Assembly: GCA_022826705.1 (NCBI GenBank)
Contig: JAJDUJ010000027.1
Location: forward strand, 167,880 to 231,879
Direction of reading: 5' to 3'
Source of the DNA: Acidimicrobiia bacterium
GTDB taxonomy: Bacteria; Actinomycetota; Acidimicrobiia; Acidimicrobiales; Bin134
Length of the DNA: 64,000 bases
The notes below the pieces were generated by a model. The model was not told the DNA's origin, searched no databases, and was given only the letters and a program-made list of their open reading frames with translations. The translations under genes were made by a program, and so were the position numbers. Below are positions 19,614-29,013 of this stretch, one piece after another. Numbering within the stretch: the stretch's first letter is position 1; each line of letters begins with the position of its first letter.

Positions 19614-19866
19614 GCACTAGTGTGCCACGTTTGACCATTCGACGGCGGGGCGGCGGGCCGCAAAATTGATTGACGGCCCATGGATCCCCAGCTAGCGTAC
19701 GAGATAGCCCAGATGGCCGGGGAGGTTGGTTCTCCCCGGCCTAAGGCTCGCCTTAGCCACGGACGAGCCCTGCGGGGACAGTATCAAAAGCTAGCTAGGT
19801 TTGCTACACCCAATTAGATATACTGAAATTGCCTATAAATAACTGAAAATTAGTAATATGGTTGGG

Positions 19867-20637
19867 TTACGCTGAACTCGAATCCGACAAATAAGCGCGG
19901 GCGACGGTCATTACTGATTGGGCCAGGGGACCGTGGGCCTTGAGGTCAGATTCAGCGGAGTTCATGCGGCGGGTGGCTACTCGGCACCAGTGGGCGGCGG
20001 AGCCGGTGATGGACTGGGGGGCTTTGGGGTCGCCGTAGGTCCAGGCTTCCCCGGAGGGGGAGGTCAGCTCTAGGCGGAGCTCAGACAGCGGGGCGGGCGG
20101 GGTTACTCCTTGGCTTCGGAAGGCGTAGGGGAGGGCCCGGAAGCCGAGGTGGGCGACGTGGCGGAGGCGGTCGGTGTCAACCGGTTCGACCCCGGCGGTG
20201 GTGAAGCAGTCGAGGCCGTGGGCCCAGGTCTCCATCAATCGGGCAGTGGCGAACGAGCGGCAGGTCATGGGGCCGTCTCCCCAGATAATCGGGGCTTTAG
20301 CGTTCAGCGTGGCCATCGCCTCGAAGCTGGTCGCCCGCGACCTTCGCCAATTGCCCAGCACTTCGGCCGGATCACCGGGCAGAGGGCGGTCGGGCCAGCG
20401 GCCGGTGGGGGCGAACACCTGGTCGCTGTGGCCGGTCAAGGCCAGCAGCGCGGCCCCTTCGCTCACGTCGAGATGGTGGATCTGGTGGGCCAGTGTCCAT
20501 CCGGGGGACGGCGAAGGCTTGGCCCACACGTCAGGGGGCAACGGTGCTACCAGGTTGTCCAGCACCTGATGCTCGGCGGCGAGGTCGGCCAACAACACGT
20601 CGTCCATCCCCCGAATGTACTGATCGGGGCGGGCCAC
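19867..20637 (-). CDS. DinB-like / maleylpyruvate-isomerase-N-terminal-domain (mycothiol-dependent family) protein
   Basis: 256-aa ORF with LVAPLPPDVWAKPSPSPGWTLAHQIHHL, typical of the TIGR03083/03084 group. The start may be ATG 20607. Confidence 0.7.
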   Translation of the reverse strand: MARPDQYIRGMDDVLLADLAAEHQVLDNLVAPLPPDVWAKPSPSPGWTLAHQIHHLDVSEGAALLALTGHSDQVFAPTGRWPDRPLPGDPAEVLGNWRRSRATSFEAMATLNAKAPIIWGDGPMTCRSFATARLMETWAHGLDCFTTAGVEPVDTDRLRHVAHLGFRALPYAFRSQGVTPPAPLSELRLELTSPSGEAWTYGDPKAPQSITGSAAHWCRVATRRMNSAESDLKAHGPLAQSVMTVARAYLSDSSSA

Positions 20638-20678
20638 TAAGGTGGCGCAGGTCGAATAGTCCAGGGGGAAATAATCGG

Positions 20679-23600
20679 GTGGGCGAGTTCATCCAATTGC
20701 TCGTGAGCGGGGCCATTGCCGGCTCCATCTACTCGCTGATCGCCGCTGGACTCACGCTGAGCTACACCTCCACCGGCATCTTCAACCTGGCCTACGGGGG
20801 CATCGCCTACACCTCGGCCATGCTCTACTTCCAACTCATCAATGCCCTGGGCATCGAGAGCCTGGGCATGCGGTTGCTGTCGTTCTTCCTGGTGGTGCTG
20901 GTGTTTTGTCCGCTGCTCGGCCAGCTACTGAACGTGGCGGTATTCCGTCCCCTGGCCCGGGCCAACGACGCGGCCAAAGTCATGGCCACCATCGGGATTC
21001 TGGTGGCGTTGCCGGCGCTCACCGATTTGCTGGTCGACTTGGGCACCAAGACCTGGGACTGGGGTCTGCAATCCACCGACTACGTGTTCCTCACCCCCGG
21101 GGTGTGGAAGGTGCCCAGCGAGACTTGGCCCTACGACCTGGACGTTATCGGCCTTGATGGCATCAGACTGCTCATAAACAGCAACCAGTGGACGGTGCTG
21201 GTGGTGGCGGCAGTCGTCGCGGTGACGCTGTGGGCCCTAATGCGCCACACCCGCATTGGGCTCCAGATGCGAGCGGTGGTGGACCGTCCCGATTTGGCCG
21301 GTTTGCGGGGGGTCAGCGAATCGTTCACCTCGTCGGCCGCCTGGATCATCGGCACCATGCTGGCCGGGCTGGCTGGGGTGATCGGCGCACCGGTGTTCAA
21401 CTCTCTCGAGTCCAATCAGTACAACGTGTTCATGTTCATCGCTACCGCCGCCGCGGTAGTAGGCGGTTTGCGCTCCATTCCGCTGGCTTTCGCTGGCGGA
21501 GTGGCCCTGGGCGTGGTCACCAGCTTGGTGGGCCGGTACGCCACGTTCGCCCAGGACATCCGGGGTTTCGAGAGCTCGGTGCCTTTCGTGGTGCTGCTGG
21601 TGGGGCTGCTGTTCATGGCCCGGGAGCGGACTCGTCGCAGCGGCGTAGTGGCCGACGCGCCTCCGGCCACCGTTTACACCGACGACCTGCCGGCATGGAG
21701 GGTGCAATTGCCCTGGGTGCTGGGGGCGGCGTTCATCGTGTTGCAGGTATTCGTCTTTGCTGATCAGTTCTGGCTTGGGCTGTGGGTCACCGGTCTGGCC
21801 TTTGGCCTGGTGTTCATGTCCTGGGTGCTGCTCACCGGCCTAGGCGGCATGGTCAGCCTGGCCCAAGCGGCCTTTGTGACCATGGCCGCCATGACCGCCG
21901 GTCTGATCTTGGACAAGACCGGGCTGCCGTTCATTCCCGCGCTGATCGTGGGCGTGATAATCGCGGGGGTGCTCGGCGTGATCGTGGCCCTGCCCGCCCT
22001 GCGGCTGGGTGGTTTGCCCTTGGCGCTGGCCACCCTCGCGCTGGCCTTCATGAGCGAGCGGGTGCTGTTCGAGTGGAGCTGGTTCAAGAACGGCCAGGGC
22101 ACCAAGGGGTGGGACATCCCCCGCCCCAAACTGGGGCCGTTCGACTTCCAAGACACGAAGTCCCTTGCGGTGCTCTTGGTGATGCTGGTGTTGGCTGCGG
22201 GCTGGTTGGTGAGAAACCTGCAACGCTCGGTCACGGGCCGGGCCATAATCGCGGTACGCAACTCCGAACCCGCCGCGGCCACCTCAGGCCACTCCATCGT
22301 TCGCACCAAGCTGGCGGTGTTCGCCCTGTCGGCGCTGTTGGCCGGGTTCGGCGGCGTCTTCTTTGCCGTCTTCATCGGCAACGTGACCCCGTTCACCGCC
22401 ACCACTCAAGCCGGGCTGTTCTGGCTGGCGGTGGTGATCTTGGTCGGCATCCGCCGTGCCGGCGCCGCGGTGATGGCTGGCATCATGGTGGCGGCCAGCG
22501 GCCACACGTTCGGTGCAGGCTGGCATTGGGACTGGATGGAGTCGTGGCACGTGGTGCTGGTGGCCTCGGTGTTCGGGGCGGCGGCGCTGGCTACCGCCAT
22601 CCGCGACCATCAGGTGGGATTGCCGTTTTCGCCACCGATCCTCGGCGTGTTGGCGGTGCTGGCCTTCATTTGCCTGGCTCGGGTGTACTCCTGGTATCCC
22701 ATCGACTGGGACGGGTTCGACCAGTACGACGAAGCCCGAAACATCACCGCCTTCATGTTCGGCCTCGGCGCCATGCAGCTGGCCCGCGAGCCCGATGGAA
22801 TCCTGGCGTTTACCGCCGCCCAGAACCGGGCCCGCCGCGACTCTTGGCGCCGGCGGCTGGCAGCGTGGAACGAAGGCTCCGTCGTTGCCGCACAGGTTCC
22901 AGCCGCTGTCACCGCTTCGGCACCTCCCACGGCCGCCTCCGAGCCGGCCGACACTCCTGAGCCAGGCCAACTCTCGGGCGATCAGTACGTGGGTGATCAC
23001 CCTCCTGCCCTCGAACTCGTGGGAGTGCGGGCCAGCTACGGGTTGGTTGAGGCCCTGCACGGAATTGACTTGTCGGTACCCCGGGGCGAGATCACTGCGC
23101 TGCTGGGGCCCAACGGCGCGGGCAAATCCACCACATGTTCGGTGGCATCGGGCCTTCTGCCGGTCACCCATGGTCACGTCCGGCTCGACGGTGAAGATAT
23201 TACGGCGCTGCGCAGTCATCGCCGGGCCCGCCGGGGCGTCGTGTTGGCCCCCGAGGCCCGGGGCATATTCGGTGGCCTGACTGTGAGGGAGAACATGCAG
23301 CTCTGGCTGCCCAACCCCGATGACCGCGAGCTGTGCTGCGAGCGGTTCCCCATCCTGGGGGAGCGCCAGAACCAGCTGGCCGGCAACCTCTCGGGAGGCG
23401 AGCAGCAGATCCTGACCCTGGCGCCGCTGCTGGCCCATCCGCCGGAGGTGCTGATCGCCGACGAGCCGTCGTTGGGGCTGGCTCCGCTTATCGTGAACCA
23501 GATCCTGGAGCTGTTCATCGAATTCAAGGAGCGGGGTGTGGCTCTGCTTCTGGTGGAAGAGAAAGCCCGAGACGTGCTGGAGATCGCCGACTCGGTGGCG

Positions 23601-23699
23601 TTCATCAGCCTGGGCCACATCACCTGGCACGGCACCCGCTCCGAAGTGGACCACGATCAGCTCGACGCCGCCTATCTCGGGGAAGCCACCTCTACATAA
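20679..23699 (+). CDS. Triple-fused Liv-type ABC transporter: LivH-like permease + LivM-like permease + LivF-like ATPase (about 1006 aa)
   Basis: GTG 20679 follows GGGGGA. Domains run in order: GIFNLAYGGIAY (LivH), LLTGLGGMVSLAQAAFV (LivM), a low-complexity linker, then GPNGAGKST...LSGGEQQIL...AAYLG (ATPase). Confidence 0.8.
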   Translation: MGEFIQLLVSGAIAGSIYSLIAAGLTLSYTSTGIFNLAYGGIAYTSAMLYFQLINALGIESLGMRLLSFFLVVLVFCPLLGQLLNVAVFRPLARANDAAKVMATIGILVALPALTDLLVDLGTKTWDWGLQSTDYVFLTPGVWKVPSETWPYDLDVIGLDGIRLLINSNQWTVLVVAAVVAVTLWALMRHTRIGLQMRAVVDRPDLAGLRGVSESFTSSAAWIIGTMLAGLAGVIGAPVFNSLESNQYNVFMFIATAAAVVGGLRSIPLAFAGGVALGVVTSLVGRYATFAQDIRGFESSVPFVVLLVGLLFMARERTRRSGVVADAPPATVYTDDLPAWRVQLPWVLGAAFIVLQVFVFADQFWLGLWVTGLAFGLVFMSWVLLTGLGGMVSLAQAAFVTMAAMTAGLILDKTGLPFIPALIVGVIIAGVLGVIVALPALRLGGLPLALATLALAFMSERVLFEWSWFKNGQGTKGWDIPRPKLGPFDFQDTKSLAVLLVMLVLAAGWLVRNLQRSVTGRAIIAVRNSEPAAATSGHSIVRTKLAVFALSALLAGFGGVFFAVFIGNVTPFTATTQAGLFWLAVVILVGIRRAGAAVMAGIMVAASGHTFGAGWHWDWMESWHVVLVASVFGAAALATAIRDHQVGLPFSPPILGVLAVLAFICLARVYSWYPIDWDGFDQYDEARNITAFMFGLGAMQLAREPDGILAFTAAQNRARRDSWRRRLAAWNEGSVVAAQVPAAVTASAPPTAASEPADTPEPGQLSGDQYVGDHPPALELVGVRASYGLVEALHGIDLSVPRGEITALLGPNGAGKSTTCSVASGLLPVTHGHVRLDGEDITALRSHRRARRGVVLAPEARGIFGGLTVRENMQLWLPNPDDRELCCERFPILGERQNQLAGNLSGGEQQILTLAPLLAHPPEVLIADEPSLGLAPLIVNQILELFIEFKERGVALLLVEEKARDVLEIADSVAFISLGHITWHGTRSEVDHDQLDAAYLGEATST

Positions 23700-23773
23700 G
23701 ACTGACCATCTCAAGGATGACAGTCGAGGGTCGCTGTCCTACTATGTCGGCAGCCCAAATTTCGGAGGGGGAC

Positions 23774-25180
23774 ATGAAGAAATCACTGCTGTACAAGCTT
23801 CTCGCGCTCTTGGCCGCGTTGACGCTGGTGGTCGCCGCGTGCGGCAACGACGACGATGACGACGGAGCAGCCGCGCCAGCGCCAGAGGCCACCGAGGCTC
23901 CCATGGACGATGCCGAGCCTATGGACGATGCCGAGCCTATGGACGACGAGGAGCCCATGGATGACGAGGAGCCCATGGACGATGGGGAGATGGCAACCTC
24001 CCGCACGTGGGGCGCCTACACCTACGAGATAGATTTCGAGCCTTCCACCCGAGGCGTGAGCGACGACACCGTGCGCCTCGGTGCCATGACCCAGGATGCT
24101 CTGTACGGCGGGTTCGCCGATGGCATCGAAGCCCGTCTCGGACGGGCCAACCGCGACGGCGAGCTGCCCGGCGGTCGGTCGGTTGAGCTGGTCCATTTCG
24201 TGGACGATGGCAGTGATCCGCAGACCAACTTCGAGGGTGCCCGGAGCATGGTGGAGAACCACGAGGTGTTCGGCATCATGGTTACCTCAGCGGTCTCGCT
24301 TCCCCAGACCACCGACTATCTGGCCGAGAATCAGGTGCCGTTCACCGGCTGGGGATTCATGCCCGGCTTCTGCGCCCCCAACGATTGGGGCTTCGGCTTC
24401 AACGGCTGCCTCAGCGGCTTCGCCTTCGGAGTCGAAGGCGCTGATCCCCTGGTGTCGGTCCAGAACATATGGTACGACTTCTTCGGTAATGAGGACATCG
24501 TGGTCGGCATCTTCAACAGCGATGACGACGCCGGTCGAGCCGGTGCCGCGCTGTACGAGAACCTGTGGGCGGGCAAGCTGGCGTTCAACGATTTCGTGCC
24601 CACCCAAACAGGGGGGGGGATCACCGATGCCACCCGGTTTGTGAACACGGTGCTGGAGCACGAGCCCGACTTGGTGATCCTGTCCACCGACTTCGCCGGA
24701 GCCATCACCCTCAAGGCGACCATCGCCGCCTCGGGATATGAGGGTCCGGTGGCCGACTACCTGACCTATGTGCCCGGCCTCCCCGGATCCAGCCCCGACC
24801 TGGGCCAAGCACTGGAAGGTGGCTACGCCGTGACCCAGGTGCCCCCGCTGGACGACTCCGAGCCGGCAATCCAGCAGCTTTTGGCCGACTACGAGGCAGT
24901 CGGAGCCTTCCCCGGATTCGGCAGCCTGGTCGGTTACTGGTCGGCTGATCTGATGATCCAGATGATGGCGGCTGCCGGCGAGGATCTGAACACCGGCAGC
25001 TTCTACCAGGCAGTCAACATCGACGGCTTCGAGACAACCCAGCAGTCCGGTGGCCTCGGCCCGGTGAAGTGGCCGGCCGACCACGTCATCGCCCCCGACT
25101 GCACCGGCATGGTGCAGGTAGTGGACGCCGACTACGTGGTGGCTCACCCGTTCGTCTGCTACGGCGATCCCAACCGGTAA
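23774..25180 (+). CDS. ABC transporter substrate-binding lipoprotein (Peripla_BP_6-like) with N-terminal acidic repeat tether
   Basis: ATG 23774 follows GGAGGGGGA. Lipobox LVVAACGN, five PMDD(A/E)E units, then the SBP core GVSDDTVRLGAM... Confidence 0.85.
   Translation: MKKSLLYKLLALLAALTLVVAACGNDDDDDGAAAPAPEATEAPMDDAEPMDDAEPMDDEEPMDDEEPMDDGEMATSRTWGAYTYEIDFEPSTRGVSDDTVRLGAMTQDALYGGFADGIEARLGRANRDGELPGGRSVELVHFVDDGSDPQTNFEGARSMVENHEVFGIMVTSAVSLPQTTDYLAENQVPFTGWGFMPGFCAPNDWGFGFNGCLSGFAFGVEGADPLVSVQNIWYDFFGNEDIVVGIFNSDDDAGRAGAALYENLWAGKLAFNDFVPTQTGGGITDATRFVNTVLEHEPDLVILSTDFAGAITLKATIAASGYEGPVADYLTYVPGLPGSSPDLGQALEGGYAVTQVPPLDDSEPAIQQLLADYEAVGAFPGFGSLVGYWSADLMIQMMAAAGEDLNTGSFYQAVNIDGFETTQQSGGLGPVKWPADHVIAPDCTGMVQVVDADYVVAHPFVCYGDPNR
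23900..23989 (+). repeat. In-frame 18-bp tandem repeat, 5 copies (encodes PMDDAE/PMDDEE units)
   Basis: cccatggacgatgccgag-type unit repeated five times with few substitutions, read directly. Confidence 0.9.
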
Positions 25181-25205
25181 GCCAACTAAGTCAACAGGGA
25201 CTGTG

Positions 25206-25248
25206 CCGTGCCCGATCGGCTGCCCCAACGGCGGCGGGTCGGGCACGG
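25206..25248 (+). terminator. Terminator-like hairpin after the SBP gene
   Basis: 10-bp stem ccgtgcccga/tcgggcacgg enclosing a partly paired GC-rich loop, 26 nt after the stop. No clear T-tract. Confidence 0.35.
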
Positions 25249-25273
25249 ACGCGTTCTCCGCCGCTGATCGGCA

Positions 25274-26431
25274 ATGACGAAGGGGCCGCTGGACGGCATC
25301 CGGGTGGTGGATCTCACTCGGATCTTCTCCGGTCCGATCTGCGGGCGGGTGCTGGCCGACTTGGGGGCCGATGTGGTCAAGGTCGAGCCTCCGGCCGGCG
25401 ATCTCACCCGGCCGGTTCCTCCGGTGGACGAAGACGGCATCGGCCCAACGTTCAGCCACATGAACGCGGGCAAGCGCAACATATGCGTGGACCTCAAGGC
25501 CGAAGGCGGCCCCGAGGTGGTGGCCGCGCTGGCTGACCGGGCCGACGTGCTGCTGGAGAACTACCGTCCGGGCGTGATGGCCCGCTACGGGCTCTCGTAT
25601 GAGGAGCTTTCAGCCCGCAATCAGCGGCTGGTGTTCTGCTCCATCACCGGGTTCGGCCAGACCGGCCCGTGGTCGCACCGCAAGGCCCACGCCCCCATGA
25701 TGCATGCCGAGGCCGGCACCATCGAGATGGCCGCCCGGCTCCGGGGGGCCGAGCCTTTACAGGAGATCCATCAGCACGGCGACCTGTACGCCGGGTTCTT
25801 GTCGGTATCGGCGGTGCTGGCCGCTCTCTACCAGCGGGAGCACACCGGCGCTGGGCAGCAGCTCGACATCGCCATGGCCGAGACCCTCATCTACGCCAAC
25901 GACCAAACCGGCAACGACTTGTCGGGCTACGAAGGGCCGCGGGAGTTCGACACCTGGAACTACGCCATCGTCCACACCGCCGACGGCCAGGCGGTGTCGC
26001 TGGTGGGCAACCCCCAGCGCCTGCTGCCCCGGTGGGTGGAGGCCCTCGGTGGCGACCCTTCCGGTTGCCCCGAAAATCCCACCCACGAGGAAGCGGTCGC
26101 CATCCTGCGAGAGCTTGCGGCTGGATACGCCACCCATGAGGGCTTGGCCAAAGCCGTCGAAGGTCTCCCGCTGCCCGCAGCCCGCATCGGCTCGGTGTCC
26201 GATCTGGCCGCCACCGACTGGGCCCGCGATCGGGGCCTGATAGCCGAGATCCGTCCCGGCCTGCCCGTGCCGGCCAAGCCGTTCGCCATGGGCGACGCCA
26301 CGGTCGGAGTCACCCCCCGAACTGCCCGCCTCGGCGAGGATACCCGCGCTGTTTTGGCTGATGACCTTGGGATGGACGACGAGGAAATCGACAAGTTGAT
26401 CGCCCTGGGTGCTGTCCTAACCGCCGACTAG
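25274..26431 (+). CDS. Family III CoA-transferase (CaiB/BaiF)
   Basis: 385-aa ORF with GIRVVDLTRIFSGPICGRVLADLGADVVKVEPP, typical of the family. Confidence 0.85.
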   Translation: MTKGPLDGIRVVDLTRIFSGPICGRVLADLGADVVKVEPPAGDLTRPVPPVDEDGIGPTFSHMNAGKRNICVDLKAEGGPEVVAALADRADVLLENYRPGVMARYGLSYEELSARNQRLVFCSITGFGQTGPWSHRKAHAPMMHAEAGTIEMAARLRGAEPLQEIHQHGDLYAGFLSVSAVLAALYQREHTGAGQQLDIAMAETLIYANDQTGNDLSGYEGPREFDTWNYAIVHTADGQAVSLVGNPQRLLPRWVEALGGDPSGCPENPTHEEAVAILRELAAGYATHEGLAKAVEGLPLPAARIGSVSDLAATDWARDRGLIAEIRPGLPVPAKPFAMGDATVGVTPRTARLGEDTRAVLADDLGMDDEEIDKLIALGAVLTAD

Positions 26432-26477
26432 CCGGCCAACTCCGATGATCCCAAAGCAGTGAATTAGGGTCGCAGCC

Positions 26478-28055
26478 ATGTCCGATGCCCCGTGGACCAC
26501 AATCTGCGAGTTGGTCGATGACGCGGCCCAGCGGTTCCCCGATCTGGAGGCGCTAGTGGACGGCGAAGTGCGCTGGACCTTCCCCGAGCTGCGAGATCGC
26601 GTCCGGGCCTCGGCCCGGGCGCTGATGGCCTCGGGCATCGAGCCCGGCGACCGGGTGGCGGTGTGGGCCCCCAACATCTGGGAGTGGGTGGTGGCCGGCC
26701 TGGGCATCCATCTGGCCGGGGGCGTGCTGGTGCCGGTGAACACCCGATTCAAGGGCCGGGAGGCCGACTTCATCCTCCAGAAGTCCGGGGCCCGCATCCT
26801 GTTCACGGTCACCGACTTCTTGGACACCGACTACGTGGCGCTGCTGCGCGACGCCGACGGCGGCCGCAGCCTCGACGAGATCGTGGTACTGCGGGGGACC
26901 GTTCCCGAGGGCACCACCGGTTTCACCCAGTTCCTGGAGCGGGCCGATCAGGTGGCCGAGGCCGACGGCGATGCCCGGGCGGCCGGGGTGAGCGGCGACG
27001 ACCTGTGCCACATCATGTTCACCTCGGGCACCACCGGCCTGCCCAAAGGGGCCATGCTCATCCACTCCGCCATCTGCCGGGGATTCCAATCGTGGTGTGA
27101 CGTGATCGGCTTGCGGGCCGGCGATCGCTATCTGATCGTCAATCCCTACTTCCACGCCTTCGGCCTCAACTCCGGCATCTTGGCCTGTCTCATGACCGGG
27201 GCCACCAACATCCCCCACGCGGTGTTCGACGTCCCCTCAGTGATGGCACGGGTGCCCGAAGAGCGCATTTCCATGCTCCCCGGTCCGCCTGCCATCTACC
27301 AGACCATCTTGAACCACCCCGACCTGGACAGCTTCGACATGTCCACTTTGCGATTGGCGGTCACCGGAGCAGCCGCCATCCCGGTGGAGATGGTCCTCCA
27401 AATGCGGTCCCGACTGGGGTTCGAGACCATCGTCACCGGCTACGGCCTCACCGAGGGATCGGGCATCGCCACCATGTGCCGCCACGACGACGACCCCGAG
27501 ACCATCGCCAACACCTCGGGCCGGGCCATACCCGACGTGGAGGTGCAGATTGTGGACGACGACGGCAACGAGATGCCCCGAGGCGAGCCCGGTGAGATCG
27601 TGGTGCGGGGCTACAACGTGATGCTCGGGTATTTGGACGACCCCGAGCAGACTGCCGAGACCATCGACACCGACGGTTGGCTCCACACCGGCGACATCGG
27701 GGTGATGGACGAACAGGGCAACATCGACATCACCGACCGAAAGAAGGACATGTTCATCGTGGGCGGGTTCAACGCCTATCCGGCCGAGATCGAGAACATC
27801 ATGCTGGCCCACCCCCAGATCGGACAGGTGGCGGTGATCGGGATGCCCGACGACCGGCTCGGCGAGGTGGCGGTGGCCACCGTGGTGCCCGCCCCCGGAG
27901 CCGAGCTCTCCGAAACGGAGGTCATCGCCTGGTGCCGCGGCGAGATGGCCAACTACAAGGTGCCCCGCCGGGTGCGATTCACCGACGCCCTCCCGCTCAA
28001 CGCATCGGGCAAAGTGCTGAAGTACGTGCTCCGCGAGCAGGCAGCCGCCGATTGA
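26478..28055 (+). CDS. AMP-dependent acyl-CoA synthetase/ligase
   Basis: 525-aa ORF with the AMP-binding motifs FTSGTTGLPKGA, GYGLTE, TGDIG and the C-terminal catalytic Lys region. Confidence 0.9.
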   Translation: MSDAPWTTICELVDDAAQRFPDLEALVDGEVRWTFPELRDRVRASARALMASGIEPGDRVAVWAPNIWEWVVAGLGIHLAGGVLVPVNTRFKGREADFILQKSGARILFTVTDFLDTDYVALLRDADGGRSLDEIVVLRGTVPEGTTGFTQFLERADQVAEADGDARAAGVSGDDLCHIMFTSGTTGLPKGAMLIHSAICRGFQSWCDVIGLRAGDRYLIVNPYFHAFGLNSGILACLMTGATNIPHAVFDVPSVMARVPEERISMLPGPPAIYQTILNHPDLDSFDMSTLRLAVTGAAAIPVEMVLQMRSRLGFETIVTGYGLTEGSGIATMCRHDDDPETIANTSGRAIPDVEVQIVDDDGNEMPRGEPGEIVVRGYNVMLGYLDDPEQTAETIDTDGWLHTGDIGVMDEQGNIDITDRKKDMFIVGGFNAYPAEIENIMLAHPQIGQVAVIGMPDDRLGEVAVATVVPAPGAELSETEVIAWCRGEMANYKVPRRVRFTDALPLNASGKVLKYVLREQAAAD

Positions 28056-28095
28056 CTGCTGTTATAGCCCCTGACGCTGCAATCATCGCCATGTC

Positions 28096-28911
28096 ATGAA
28101 CAAGTCGAAGTGGGGTCGGGGTGGCCACCTCATGAACAACTCCAAGTGGGGGCCAATCGGGGTCGGAGTGGCCACCGGTTTTCTGTCCGGGCTGTTCGGA
28201 GTTGGCGGCGGGATCCTCATGGTGCCCTGCCTGGTGCTGCTGTTGGGCATGGAGCAGCGCCGAGCCCATGGCACTTCACTGGGCGCCATGGTGCTCATTT
28301 CCGCCTCCGCCCTAGGCGGATTCCTGCTCGAAGGCTCGGTGGCCTGGGCGCCCGGTCTGCTGATCTTCGCCGGCGCCTCGGTAGGGGTCACCGTCGGCAC
28401 GTCACTGCTCGATCGGGTTCCCATCCGGTCGCTTCGGGTTGGCTTCGCCCTGCTGCTGTTGGCCACCGCGGCCCGCTTCTTGGCCGTCGCCCCCGACACC
28501 GACGGCCACAGCGACATCACCGTGGCCTTGGCCTTTGCCTATGTGGCCTGCGGTCTGGCCACCGGACTGTTGTCGGGCACCATGGGGGTGGGTGGCGGCG
28601 TGATCATGATTCCGGCTCTGATCTTGCTTTTCGGCTTTGTCGACCCCACCGCCAAGGGCACCTCATTGCTGGTGATCCTGCCCACGTCCATTGTCGGCAC
28701 CCTTCGGAATCGCCGCTCCGGCAACATCGACCCCAAGTCGGCGCTCACTGTCGGTACATCTGGGGTGGCTTCGGCGTTCGTCGGCGCACTGGGCGCCAGT
28801 GCTCTCAGCCCCCGTTTGTCGGGCATCTTGTTCGCCATCTTGCTCATCGTCAGCGCAGTGCAAATGCTGCGCCACGCCAACGACCCGTCGCCGCCGAGCG
28901 AAGCGATATGA
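28096..28911 (+). CDS. TauE/SafE-family anion exporter-like membrane protein
   Basis: 271-aa polytopic membrane ORF with the duplicated GxGGG motif (LFGVGGGILMVP, TMGVGGGVIMIP). The start could be ATG 28132. Confidence 0.75.
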   Translation: MNKSKWGRGGHLMNNSKWGPIGVGVATGFLSGLFGVGGGILMVPCLVLLLGMEQRRAHGTSLGAMVLISASALGGFLLEGSVAWAPGLLIFAGASVGVTVGTSLLDRVPIRSLRVGFALLLLATAARFLAVAPDTDGHSDITVALAFAYVACGLATGLLSGTMGVGGGVIMIPALILLFGFVDPTAKGTSLLVILPTSIVGTLRNRRSGNIDPKSALTVGTSGVASAFVGALGASALSPRLSGILFAILLIVSAVQMLRHANDPSPPSEAI

Positions 28912-29013
28912 GAGACCTCGAAAGTTCGTCTTTGCCGTGGTCGGGTGCCCGGTTGAAGCCAGTCCAAAGTTTTTTGGGTGCGAAGGCGGGGCAACAGGAT
29001 AGAGTGTGGGCAG

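Noticed and set aside
22284-23714. 476-aa minus-strand ORF antisense to the fused ABC gene; similarly 21782-22960 (+), 28110-29276 (+), 60103-61281 (+), 46148-47023 (-), 46222-47271 (+)
   Set aside because: All are alternate-frame or antisense ORFs over genes with clear family motifs. Their Arg/Gly/Pro-rich composition is typical of out-of-frame translation in GC-rich DNA.
28095-28152. Local 36-bp-spaced duplication tcatgaacaaGtcGaagtgggg / tcatgaacaaCtcCaagtgggg giving two alternative starts (MNKSKWG / MNNSKWG) of the TauE-like gene
   Set aside because: It is probably a small tandem duplication at the 5' end. It affects only start-codon choice and there is no evidence of regulatory function.
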